Shown here one piece after another: positions 1-8,303 of a DNA stretch of 32,000 nucleotides. The notes beneath the pieces are model-generated. The model was not told the DNA's origin. It saw only the letters and a list, made by a program, of their open reading frames with translations, and made no database searches. The stretch spans positions 327,078 through 359,077 of the forward strand of contig NZ_JAATNW010000003.1 of assembly GCF_012911815.1 (NCBI RefSeq), written 5' to 3'. The stretch comes from Alteromonas ponticola (GTDB lineage: Bacteria > Pseudomonadota > Gammaproteobacteria > Enterobacterales > Alteromonadaceae). A program made the translations under genes and the position numbers. Position 1 is the stretch's first letter. Each line of letters begins with the position of its first letter.

Positions 1-843
1 CTCGTGTCAAACCACTCTATGTTTGAGCACAAGCGAAAATCAATCAACTTTTCGTTAGGCGTAATGCAAGTCCGATTTATGTATGCTTTAGGCAAAGCTA
101 AACATAACTTTTCGAGCTGGAACAATGACTACGATCTTATTTTGTGCTTCGGTCCTTACCAAGCAGAAAGGCTGAAACAATGTTGTTCAGCCACCATTTT
201 TCAAATGGGATATCCTCGTTATGACGGGTACTTTACAGATATGCTCAATAAGGATGAGATAAAGCGAGAATTGGGCCTTGATGAAAGAAGGAAAACAATC
301 GTCTGGCTACCGACCTGGAAAGAGTTGTCTTCAATTGACAAATTTGCGCCTGCTATGTCGTTATTATCAACAAAATATAACGTAATTGTGAAAACCCATC
401 CCTTAGCAGCAGAAGAAGAACCTGAGCGAGTAAATAAACTAAAAGAATTTAAGTTTACCAAAGTTATTACTGAAATTTACGACAACTTGAACTTATATAC
501 GGTCTCAGACTGGGTAGTTGCAGATTATGGTGGGCCTGCTTTTGGTGCTATATACTTAGACAAGCCCTTGCTATTACTCAATATGCCAAACGCTGAGGAC
601 GACGCATTGACAGGAGAAGATTCACCCGACATTCTATTACGCAATCAAATTGTCAATATTGATGCTCAGCATTCTTGGCAGATTGAAAAGATTCTTTCAC
701 AAGAACAGGTTTGGCAAAAACAGGCCACAAGTCGCCAGGCTTTAAGACGACAACACTTCTATCCTAGTTATGGATTTAGTGCTGACCTTGCTGCTGTAGC
801 GATACAAAATGTTCAGCAGATATTAACCATGACGAAGGGGTGA
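1..843 (+). CDS. CDP-glycerol glycerophosphotransferase (TagB/TagF, Glyphos_transf) family protein, 5'-truncated by the window edge
   Basis: The frame is open to base 1, so the GTG at 4 is probably not the real start. Motifs typical of the TagF C-terminal half: GYPRYD, VWLPTWKE, KTHP and SDWVVADYGGPAFGAIYLDKPLLLL. The stop TGA at 841-843 overlaps the next ORF's GTG at 840. Confidence 0.55.
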   Translation, partial: LVSNHSMFEHKRKSINFSLGVMQVRFMYALGKAKHNFSSWNNDYDLILCFGPYQAERLKQCCSATIFQMGYPRYDGYFTDMLNKDEIKRELGLDERRKTIVWLPTWKELSSIDKFAPAMSLLSTKYNVIVKTHPLAAEEEPERVNKLKEFKFTKVITEIYDNLNLYTVSDWVVADYGGPAFGAIYLDKPLLLLNMPNAEDDALTGEDSPDILLRNQIVNIDAQHSWQIEKILSQEQVWQKQATSRQALRRQHFYPSYGFSADLAAVAIQNVQQILTMTKG

Positions 844-1376
844 TAATGGTAATTTGGTTAGTAGGTTTGTCTGGAGCAGGAAAAACAACAATCGGCCGAA
901 GGTTGTATCACTCCATGAAGACTATGCATCAACATACAGTGTTTATTGATGGTGACGAAATTAGAAGTATCTTTCGCCATGACAAGGGGGACAATGCTTA
1001 CAGCTTAGAGGGCAGAAAACTTAATGCTGAGCGTATCCAAGCGATGTGTGCCTGGTTAGAAAGTCAGGAAATAAATGTTGTATGCTGTATTTTGTCGGTG
1101 TTCAGTGAAATAACGCAACAGAATAGGCAAAAGTTTAAACAATACTTTGAGGTTTTTGTTGATACGCCCTTGCCTCTCCTAATTGAACAGGACAACAAGG
1201 GTTTATACAAGTCAGCCCTTAAAGGTGAAATCAATAATGTCGTAGGGGTAGATATAGAGTATAACCCACCTTGCGCCCCTGATTTAATTATAAAAAACAG
1301 CATGCAAAAGACAGATTTAAGTAATTATGTCGCCTCCATAATCAACGCCTTGAAAGAAACGTATGACTATAAGTAG
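840..1376 (+). CDS. Adenylylsulfate (APS) kinase-fold kinase; candidate CDP-amidate 3'-kinase (Cj1415-like)
   Basis: N-terminal P-loop VGLSGAGKTT followed by FIDGDEIR, the pattern and spacing of APS kinases, at about 178 aa. The start is either GTG 840 (GTGA overlap) or ATG 846, which lies 7 nt after a GAAGGGG Shine-Dalgarno. Confidence 0.75.
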   Translation: MIMVIWLVGLSGAGKTTIGRRLYHSMKTMHQHTVFIDGDEIRSIFRHDKGDNAYSLEGRKLNAERIQAMCAWLESQEINVVCCILSVFSEITQQNRQKFKQYFEVFVDTPLPLLIEQDNKGLYKSALKGEINNVVGVDIEYNPPCAPDLIIKNSMQKTDLSNYVASIINALKETYDYK

Positions 1377-1944
1377 TTACCCTTATGCAGCCGGAAACTT
1401 ATTAGAAAAGCCTCAAAACTATAGCTACAGTGGCTATTTTGCTCATTCATTTGTCCATGCATGGCGCAATCATAGGCTTAGTCAACTTGCTTTATTACCA
1501 GAAGCTAAGCAAATTGCACAATCGAATGGAAACTCTTTGACTACCACAGATACGCTAAGTCTACTGAATGCGATTTGCGAATTCGTTAAACACACTGATA
1601 ATTTTATCGAAGGCCCTCATAGAGAATGGTTAGCGCGTTTATTGAAAAAATTTGAAGTGACAAAGCGTGTTTATAGTGGTTATGACCTTTTTGCGCCTCA
1701 TAGACCAGTTCAGAATAGCTTGTACACCGATCTGGATTTATATATAAAACTAGCAGAATGTTTTATTTTAACCTTTAACAAATATGGTAAGCTTCAGTAC
1801 CTAAACGCTTTTTTAAAACTTCAAGATACCATTCTATCCCAATCTCAAAAACTTACCGAGATCCAACAATCGAACCTAGCTTGGCTTATAGAGAATGAAT
1901 TGGCAGTGTTGGAAGAATTAATGAAAAGTAAGGACTTGATATGA
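1363..1944 (+). CDS. Hypothetical protein (193 aa), no family recognised
   Basis: The ORF fits exactly between its neighbours, with a 14-nt overlap upstream and an ATGA overlap downstream at 1941-1944. Its composition looks helical. I could find no diagnostic motif. Confidence 0.5.
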   Translation: MTISSYPYAAGNLLEKPQNYSYSGYFAHSFVHAWRNHRLSQLALLPEAKQIAQSNGNSLTTTDTLSLLNAICEFVKHTDNFIEGPHREWLARLLKKFEVTKRVYSGYDLFAPHRPVQNSLYTDLDLYIKLAECFILTFNKYGKLQYLNAFLKLQDTILSQSQKLTEIQQSNLAWLIENELAVLEELMKSKDLI

Positions 1945-2675
1945 CGAAAAAGATGGTCCTACTCCTCGCCCACTCAGCCCGTTCAGTCGCCTACGTGCAG
2001 GCTTTGTCTAATGCGAAAATCAGCCCTTCTGCCGTGGTAGTATACGGAAACAATGACATTAAGCTAAGCACGAAGCGGGAACTGCAACATAACGATGGAG
2101 ATATCTTTTGCCCAGATTTATCCTTAAATCTTACGCAAAGCCTTGCTCTAACAGAATGGCCTGTATGGCACTGCGACTTGAGATCGCTGGATAACCCAGC
2201 ACTTTTAACAAAGTTAAAAGAATTAGCTCCGGACATCATTGTTTATTCTGGCTATGGCGGGCAAATTGTACCAAAGAGATTGCTTGATATTGCACCAACT
2301 TTGCACATCCACTCAGGTCTATTACCTGACTTTCCCGGAAGTACAACCATTTACTACCAAATGTTATCTCAAAAATGTTGTGGTGCCAGCGCGATTTTAC
2401 TAGACGAAACTATAGATACGGGGCCTGTAATAGCAAAGAAAACTTATCCTTCGCCTCCCAAACAACTGGACATCGATTATTTATATGACACGATGATCAG
2501 AGCTGACCTGTTGGTAGAAGTGCTAAGAAAACGTGACATATCGAATTTACATGATGACGCAATGATACAGTCATCGAATAGGACACCTTACTATATTATT
2601 CATCCTCTGCTAAAACATCTTGCGATTCTTTGGTCAGATCATGAAGCTGTAAAAGAAGGAAGTAAGGTTGACTGA
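1941..2675 (+). CDS. Formyltransferase-fold protein (Formyl_trans_N-like) with a non-canonical active-site motif
   Basis: LHIHSGLLPDFPG...LLDETIDTGPVI aligns to the FMT/GART motif INVHGSLLPRWRG...LDTGD. His124 and Asp159 are kept. The catalytic Asn position is His122 (cac, 2304-2306), and the Arg of PRWRG is Pro. Confidence 0.6.
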   Translation: MTKKMVLLLAHSARSVAYVQALSNAKISPSAVVVYGNNDIKLSTKRELQHNDGDIFCPDLSLNLTQSLALTEWPVWHCDLRSLDNPALLTKLKELAPDIIVYSGYGGQIVPKRLLDIAPTLHIHSGLLPDFPGSTTIYYQMLSQKCCGASAILLDETIDTGPVIAKKTYPSPPKQLDIDYLYDTMIRADLLVEVLRKRDISNLHDDAMIQSSNRTPYYIIHPLLKHLAILWSDHEAVKEGSKVD

Positions 2676-5052
2676 CATTCTATTTAAATTTGGTACTAAA
2701 GCTGAAACATTAGCCCGCTTACGCTCTAAATTGAAGATGTCCAGCGTACTCCCCTCTTATTTCTTTACCATTGATGAATGGAATGTAAAAAAAGAACAGA
2801 TCTTACAAGAAATTGTTGATTTTGGTGCCGCGCAGCCTCTAATTATTCGAAGCAGCTCACAGTATGAAGATGGCAAACAAGAATCGATGGCTGGCGCGTT
2901 TGAGAGTTGTTTAAATATCCCTTCTCAAGATAAAGCGCTACTCCTTAAGTCAATTGAAAATGTAATCTCCTCATATGGTGAGAATGGCCGAAGTAATGAC
3001 CAAGTGCTCATACAACCTATGTTAGACAATGTCGATATTTCTGGTGTTATCATGACCCATGATATGGAGCTAGGCGCGCCATATTATGTTGTAAACTATG
3101 ATGATGAAAGCGGCCTCACCGATACAATAACCGGAGGGGTGGGTATTCAAAAGACCGTCTTAATTTACCGTAAAACAGAATTAGAGTACATCCGTTCAAA
3201 ACGTATAAAAAAAGTGATTGAAGCTACCAAAGAACTCGAATCATTCTGCGGTAACCTTCCCTTAGATATAGAATTTGTTCTTAGTCAAGGCGGCACGGTT
3301 TATATTCTTCAAGTGCGTCAAATTAGCTTAGCTAACACTTGGCATCCAGTCACCGAGAGAAGAGTTGCAAGGAAGCTAGGCTACATACGCGAATTTATTG
3401 CACAAAGAAATAAACCCCGCTTAGGTATATATGGGCGTAAAACGTTACTGGGGGTCATGCCCGATTGGAACCCGGCAGAAATCATTGGTACAAGTCCTTC
3501 GCCTTTGGCAGCGTCATTATATCGTTTTCTCATCACTCGTGATGTGTGGCGCGAAGCGCGTCAACAAATGGGCTATTACAATCCACAAAATGAAGAGTTG
3601 ATGACCCTTATTGATCATCACCCATATATTGATGTGCGTAATAGTTTTAATTCTTTCCTTCCTGCCAAATTACCTGAGAAGATCAAGCATAAGTTGGTTA
3701 ATGCCTGGATTGATCGCTTAACCGCGAATCCCGAATTACATGATAAAGTTGAGTTTGCTGTTGCGCAAACCTGTGTAGATTTCGCCTTTGACCTCGATTA
3801 TGAGGAACGCTATTCCGGATTACTGGATAAAGTTGAGCTAGCAGAGTTTAGAATGCACCTTTGGCAACTTACAAAAGACTGCTTGCAACCTGGAGAGGGC
3901 AATAATTCTTTAACAAGCGCATTGGCTATGATTAATAAGTTAGAATCACTCGATGGCAGGCAGATGCTAAATGGTGAAACCGATAATCTTGAACGAGCTA
4001 CCCAGCTTTTATATCAGTGCCGTCAATTAGGAACCAAAGCGTTTTCAATTATCGCGCGTCATGCTTTTATTGCGGAAAGTTTCCTACACTCAGCTTCCAA
4101 ACTTAATGTTTTATCCAGCGCAAGAATACAAGAATTTAAAAGCTCGCTACAAACCATTACCTCTAATTTAACCAGTGATTATAATGCAGTTTGTACCGGC
4201 GAGCTCCCCGCTTCAACGTTTTTGCATCAATTCGGACATCTGCGACCAGGGACATATGACATCACTTCGTTGCGTTATGATGAATGGGTCGACTTGTTTA
4301 GTACCGTTTCCGGTGAATTGAAACCTATTTCCGAAAGCCGAGAGTTTCAGCTTACTCCAGAGGAAAAAAACGGTTTAAATAATTTACTGTCAAAAAACTT
4401 ATACGAAATTGATGCAGAACAACTTATCCAATATGCACGCACAGCTATAGTCAATAGAGAACATAGTAAATTTGTATTTACCAGAAGCTTATCAAACGCG
4501 CTGAGTGAACTCACGTTATGGGGAGCTGATGTTGGATTGGCGAAGGAAGATATTGCTTTTCTTGATATTGAGTCCATTCTCAACCTTAGGCTGAGCCCAG
4601 CGTTAGAAGATTTAGATCGAATAATGCTTGACCAGGCTGCGGAAACAAAGCGTAGTCTACAGGCGGCTAGATCACTAAAACTTAGCCATATAATTAGTGG
4701 AGTTGATGATGTATATGTAGTTCCTATACATCGAAGCATGCCAAATTTTATCACTCAATTCAGAGTCGAAGGTATGGTAATTTTGCTTAAACAGGATACG
4801 CCGGTTCATACAGATCTGGCTGGCTGCATCGTTTGTATCGAGAATGCCGATCCCGGCTATGACTGGATTTTCACTAAAAATATTGCCGCCTTGGTAACGA
4901 AGTTTGGCGGAGTAAACTCGCATATGGCAATAAGATGTGCTGAATTTGCTATTCCAGCCGCTATTGGATGTGGAGAGCAAGTTTTTAATCGTATCATCAG
5001 TAATGGACGCGCAATTCTAAATTGCGCAGAAAAAACCATAAAAAGTCTATAG
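2668..5052 (+). CDS. PEP-utilising / PPDK-like ATP-grasp enzyme with a C-terminal phosphohistidine swivel domain; candidate L-glutamine kinase (Cj1418-like)
   Basis: TTG start at 2668, preceded by AAGGAAGTAAGG. The N-terminal FGTKAETLARL and RSSSQYEDGKQESMAGAFESCLNI match the PPDK_N pattern (GGKA.nL, VRSSA.ED..SFAGQ.ET.LNV). The C-terminal GGVNSH752MAIRC is the PEP-utilizers phospho-His motif (His codon cat at 4921-4923). Confidence 0.75.
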   Translation: MTDILFKFGTKAETLARLRSKLKMSSVLPSYFFTIDEWNVKKEQILQEIVDFGAAQPLIIRSSSQYEDGKQESMAGAFESCLNIPSQDKALLLKSIENVISSYGENGRSNDQVLIQPMLDNVDISGVIMTHDMELGAPYYVVNYDDESGLTDTITGGVGIQKTVLIYRKTELEYIRSKRIKKVIEATKELESFCGNLPLDIEFVLSQGGTVYILQVRQISLANTWHPVTERRVARKLGYIREFIAQRNKPRLGIYGRKTLLGVMPDWNPAEIIGTSPSPLAASLYRFLITRDVWREARQQMGYYNPQNEELMTLIDHHPYIDVRNSFNSFLPAKLPEKIKHKLVNAWIDRLTANPELHDKVEFAVAQTCVDFAFDLDYEERYSGLLDKVELAEFRMHLWQLTKDCLQPGEGNNSLTSALAMINKLESLDGRQMLNGETDNLERATQLLYQCRQLGTKAFSIIARHAFIAESFLHSASKLNVLSSARIQEFKSSLQTITSNLTSDYNAVCTGELPASTFLHQFGHLRPGTYDITSLRYDEWVDLFSTVSGELKPISESREFQLTPEEKNGLNNLLSKNLYEIDAEQLIQYARTAIVNREHSKFVFTRSLSNALSELTLWGADVGLAKEDIAFLDIESILNLRLSPALEDLDRIMLDQAAETKRSLQAARSLKLSHIISGVDDVYVVPIHRSMPNFITQFRVEGMVILLKQDTPVHTDLAGCIVCIENADPGYDWIFTKNIAALVTKFGGVNSHMAIRCAEFAIPAAIGCGEQVFNRIISNGRAILNCAEKTIKSL

Positions 5053-5061
5053 GGATAAGCT

Positions 5062-5691
5062 GTGAGGAAAATTGGCATTACCCTCAGATCAAGCAATTCA
5101 ACGAAATATATCGAGTATAGAGATGCATTAGCTATAGATTGGTATACTTATCTTAAGAAATTGGGCTTTACCCATAATTGGATATTGTTACCTAATTTAG
5201 GAGCCGAGACTGTTGAATATGCCAGACTCCATAATGTCGAAGGATTGATCTTTAGTGGAGGCGAAAGCCTAGGCATGAATCCTCGGCGTGATAATTCAGA
5301 AATAACTCTGTTAAATTTCGCTATTGAACAGCAACTTCCCATTCTGGGTATTTGTCGAGGTCTGCAATTAATATATTCACAGCTAGGCGGAAAGCTAGTA
5401 GAAGGTAATACAAGTACAAAGCACGTTGCAACAAGACACTTAGTACAACTTTCGTCAGACCTACCTTTTGCATTCGGCGGTGAACGCTCCTTAGAAGTTA
5501 ACTCTTTTCATAGCCATTTACTCCCTCCATCGGATGCTCTCGTACAAGTAATGGCACAAGATGATGAAGGTTTCGTCGAAGGAATCATCGACGTACATAA
5601 AAAAATAGTAGGCATAATGTGGCACCCAGAAAGAGAATCTAATTGCTCTGACTTCGATAGAGCAATATTTAATTGGTTATTTAACGAATGA
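5062..5691 (+). CDS. Class I glutamine amidotransferase / peptidase C26-like hydrolase; candidate gamma-glutamyl-CDP-amidate hydrolase (Cj1417-like)
   Basis: GTG start. The nucleophile elbow is LGIC98RGLQL (tgt at 5353-5355), and the His/Glu pair sits in IMWHPERE, as in PuuD-type C26 hydrolases. The stop overlaps the next start (ATGA, 5688-5691). Confidence 0.75.
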   Translation: MRKIGITLRSSNSTKYIEYRDALAIDWYTYLKKLGFTHNWILLPNLGAETVEYARLHNVEGLIFSGGESLGMNPRRDNSEITLLNFAIEQQLPILGICRGLQLIYSQLGGKLVEGNTSTKHVATRHLVQLSSDLPFAFGGERSLEVNSFHSHLLPPSDALVQVMAQDDEGFVEGIIDVHKKIVGIMWHPERESNCSDFDRAIFNWLFNE

Positions 5692-6449
5692 GTAAAATGA
5701 AAGCTGTAATTTTAGTAGCAGGACGTGGCTCCCGTTTAGGCGAATTCACCGCTAATAAACCAAAACCCATGACGATTTTAGCTGGCACCCCCCTAATTGA
5801 ATGGCAGTTGCAAGCATTAAAACAAGCTGGAATTGAAGATATTCATTTAGTAGCTGGGTATCAAGCCGAAGCATTTAACAAATATCAATTGCCCACTTTC
5901 GTAAACGACAATTGGTTTAGTAGTAATATGGTGAGTAGTCTGCTTTGTGCCGATCCACTATTATCTGAACACGACACTATCGTAAGCTATGGGGATATTG
6001 CATATCATTCATCTATCATAGCAAAATTAAAAGCATCACCGTCAGGGCTAAGTATTACCAATGACAAATCATGGCTAGATTTGTGGAATTTGCGCTTTGA
6101 AAACCCATTAGATGATGCAGAGGAATTTAAATGTATTAATGGCCATCTACAAGCAATAGGTAAAAAGGCGACGAATTTGTCAGAAATTGAAGGTCAATAT
6201 ATGGGTTTGCTAAAAATTTCTGCCGAAAGCTGGAGAGAGATTAAAACGCATCTGTTATCCCTACCTTCTAAAGAACTGCAATCTAAAGACATGACATCTT
6301 TATTAAATGACTTAATAACGTCCGGTCATAATATAGCTACTGTTGACGTTAATGGTGGTTGGGTTGAAGTTGACCTCCCCAGTGACATTATCTGTTACGA
6401 AACTCAACTGAAGCTTCAATCAGATTGGGCTCACGATTGGCGAGAATAG
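5688..6449 (+). CDS. Nucleotidyltransferase (NTP_transferase, LicC-like); candidate CTP:phosphoglutamine cytidylyltransferase (Cj1416-like)
   Basis: The N-terminal KAVILVAGRGSRLGEFTANKPKPM is the G-x-G-x-R-L ... K-P-K signature of sugar/phospho-headgroup nucleotidyltransferases. Length is 253 aa. Confidence 0.75.
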   Translation: MSKMKAVILVAGRGSRLGEFTANKPKPMTILAGTPLIEWQLQALKQAGIEDIHLVAGYQAEAFNKYQLPTFVNDNWFSSNMVSSLLCADPLLSEHDTIVSYGDIAYHSSIIAKLKASPSGLSITNDKSWLDLWNLRFENPLDDAEEFKCINGHLQAIGKKATNLSEIEGQYMGLLKISAESWREIKTHLLSLPSKELQSKDMTSLLNDLITSGHNIATVDVNGGWVEVDLPSDIICYETQLKLQSDWAHDWRE

Positions 6450-6906
6450 ATGTAATTTAATAAATCAACACTCATTCGTTTATTTTTACACTTATTTTAA
6501 GTCACAACCGTTTCACCTCCACTATTCGGTCTCATTCATTTAGTGAAAAAGATTATTCGTTAGTTAGATGAAGAGACCACTATTTCATAATTTGGGCTAA
6601 TCAAATGCAAGTATGTATGGGAAACTCAGCACCTGATCTTTCTTTTCTTATTCCAAAGCATGTAATCTTGAATATGGCAACAGAAAGATGATAATAGTAG
6701 ATTATAACCGCAAGCTAAGTAGAAATTTAGATTTAAAGTCGGTATTTAGTCAGTAAATTGCGAAGACTTTAAATGGAATAGTTTTAAAATAATAAAATGG
6801 AGCAAAAAATATTATCCGTTAACTTATTTAAACTTCTATACTAAACTAGTAAGAAATTAAGGTTAATTTTTTTAGCCTTAACAGTGTTGTTAGTAGGAAA
6901 ATGTAG
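6450..6906. other. 457-bp AT-rich non-coding spacer; probable promoter region for the following gene
   Basis: No ORF of 60 aa or more on either strand. It is very AT-rich and separates the plus-strand operon from the GNAT gene. I could not read a convincing terminator or consensus promoter. Confidence 0.4.
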
Positions 6907-7653
6907 ATGACCAAAAAAAAATTTAAAGAACTTTTTCGAAAAGCGGGTGATCCCGGGACTGACACTCACGAGCTAGACGAAATTATTGAATTGGGAAATA
7001 ATGAATTATGCGCTGTTGTTGCTTTGAATCCCAGTTGTGACAAATATCTTCTCGATAAACTTGCCTTAGTTAATTCAACTCACGTGAAAAATAATTTGGC
7101 TAAGCGATATTCAAGCTATCCAGATTTATATTCAATTAACGTTCGTGAAGTTGAAATAAGTGATGCTGAGTACATTTTTACGCTTCGTATGGATGATGTT
7201 TTTAACAGGTATATTTCAAAGGTCACCAATGATGTTAGAGCTCAAGAGGAGTATATCGAAAAATATTTACTTAATAATGCAGTCGAACGCACATCATTCT
7301 ATTTCATTCTGGAAAACAGATTGACTGGTGTTCGTTGTGGGACGGTAAGAATTTATAATTTCGACGGTGATGTATTTGAATGGGGAAGCTGGATATTAGA
7401 TGGTAATAAGACACGCTTTGCTGCAATGGAAACGGCCATATTAATTTATGAATTTGCCTTCAATGTCTTAGGTTTTAGTAGAAGTGAATTCGAGGTTAAT
7501 AAAGACAATAAAAAGGTAATTAGTTACCATCAAAAAAGTGGAGCAGAAATTATTGGAGAAGATGACGTAAACTTATATTTTCGTGTTTCAAAAGTAGTTG
7601 GATTAAATTTTGCTAAAAAACTTAGGGAAAAACTTGAGACAAAGCATTCATAA
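6907..7653 (+). CDS. GNAT-family N-acetyltransferase (RimJ/RimL-like) with a roughly 75-aa N-terminal extension
   Basis: AGGAAA Shine-Dalgarno upstream of the ATG. The C-terminal 170 aa have a GNAT layout: INVREVEISDAEYIFTLR..., ...GTVRIYNF..., ...RFAAMETAILIYEFAFNVLGFSRSEFEV..., ...YHQKSGAEIIGE. The N-terminus has an LRV/HEAT-like NP....LL.KLA motif. Confidence 0.6.
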   Translation: MTKKKFKELFRKAGDPGTDTHELDEIIELGNNELCAVVALNPSCDKYLLDKLALVNSTHVKNNLAKRYSSYPDLYSINVREVEISDAEYIFTLRMDDVFNRYISKVTNDVRAQEEYIEKYLLNNAVERTSFYFILENRLTGVRCGTVRIYNFDGDVFEWGSWILDGNKTRFAAMETAILIYEFAFNVLGFSRSEFEVNKDNKKVISYHQKSGAEIIGEDDVNLYFRVSKVVGLNFAKKLREKLETKHS

Positions 7654-7898
7654 CTTTTTCCACTTAATTTTAAAGAATATCCGGCCTCATTAGTTAATTA
7701 AAGTGAACGAGTTCGAATGATTCCACAGAGCGAACTTGATCGAATTGAAATGTATTTAAATCTGAGCCACTCCTAAGGTTAATACATTAATATCTGTTGG
7801 CTAGAGAGCAATCATAACATTCAGAGCAATGATCCTCCGTCTAATCGTTTGGAAAGATAATTACATTCAACAATCACTCATCGAAACAATAATAAATT

Positions 7899-8303
7899 TT
7901 AATTTTCCTCAACCATTTTCAAAAAATCATCATAACTTCTAATATAGTCAGATTCGTCATAGATTTGGTCTGCCAAAACCATTAATACGCAATCTTCAGT
8001 AAAATCAAACATTTCACGCCAAATAAAAGACTCAATAAGCAGCCCCTGTGCAGGATGGTTCAGGGTAATTTCTATTTTTTCCTTACCATCATCCAGTAAG
8101 AACTTGCATGAACCGCGAACAGCTATAGCGACCTGTTTGAGCGCTTTGTGAGCATGATAGCCTCTACGAACACCTTTTCCAGTATTAAACATGTAATAAA
8201 CCCGCTTAATGTTAAATGGTACATTCGCATTTTCTTCTAGAGCAATTAAAGATCCACGGTCATCACCACAACTTTTTAGCTGTACCAGTTTAATGTCCAT
8301 CAT
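7899..8303 (-). CDS. WxcM/FdtA-like sugar 3,4-ketoisomerase (cupin)
   Basis: DDRGSLIALEE...VPFNIKRVYYMFN...RRGYHAHKALKQVAIAVRGSC...LLDDG...ESFIWREM...DCVLMVLADQIYDESDYIRSYDDF matches the FdtA family pattern (D.RG.L..E..iPF.ikRvyy...RG.HAH+.l.Q...G...W...vllvlaS..Yd..DYI.dy). Confidence 0.75.
   Translation of the reverse strand: MMDIKLVQLKSCGDDRGSLIALEENANVPFNIKRVYYMFNTGKGVRRGYHAHKALKQVAIAVRGSCKFLLDDGKEKIEITLNHPAQGLLIESFIWREMFDFTEDCVLMVLADQIYDESDYIRSYDDFLKMVEEN

Noticed and set aside
6605-6691. A 28-codon ORF (MQVCMGNSAPDLSFLIPKHVILNMATER) in the 457-bp AT-rich spacer.
   Set aside because: It has no Shine-Dalgarno upstream and no recognisable peptide features. Its length is what is expected by chance in a spacer of this size.
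6857-6881. A possible hairpin, TTAAGG-N13-CCTTAA, just upstream of the GNAT start.
   Set aside because: It has only a 6-bp AT-rich stem with a 13-nt loop and no following T-tract in the right orientation. It is too weak to call a terminator or riboswitch element.
7705-7736. A GTTCGAAT string that resembles a tRNA T-loop (GGTTCGAATCC), seen in the convergent spacer and considered as a possible tRNA fragment or att site.
   Set aside because: The flanking bases (ACGAG / GATTC) cannot form the 5-bp T-stem. No acceptor stem or CCA context is present, and no integrase is nearby. It is most likely a chance match.
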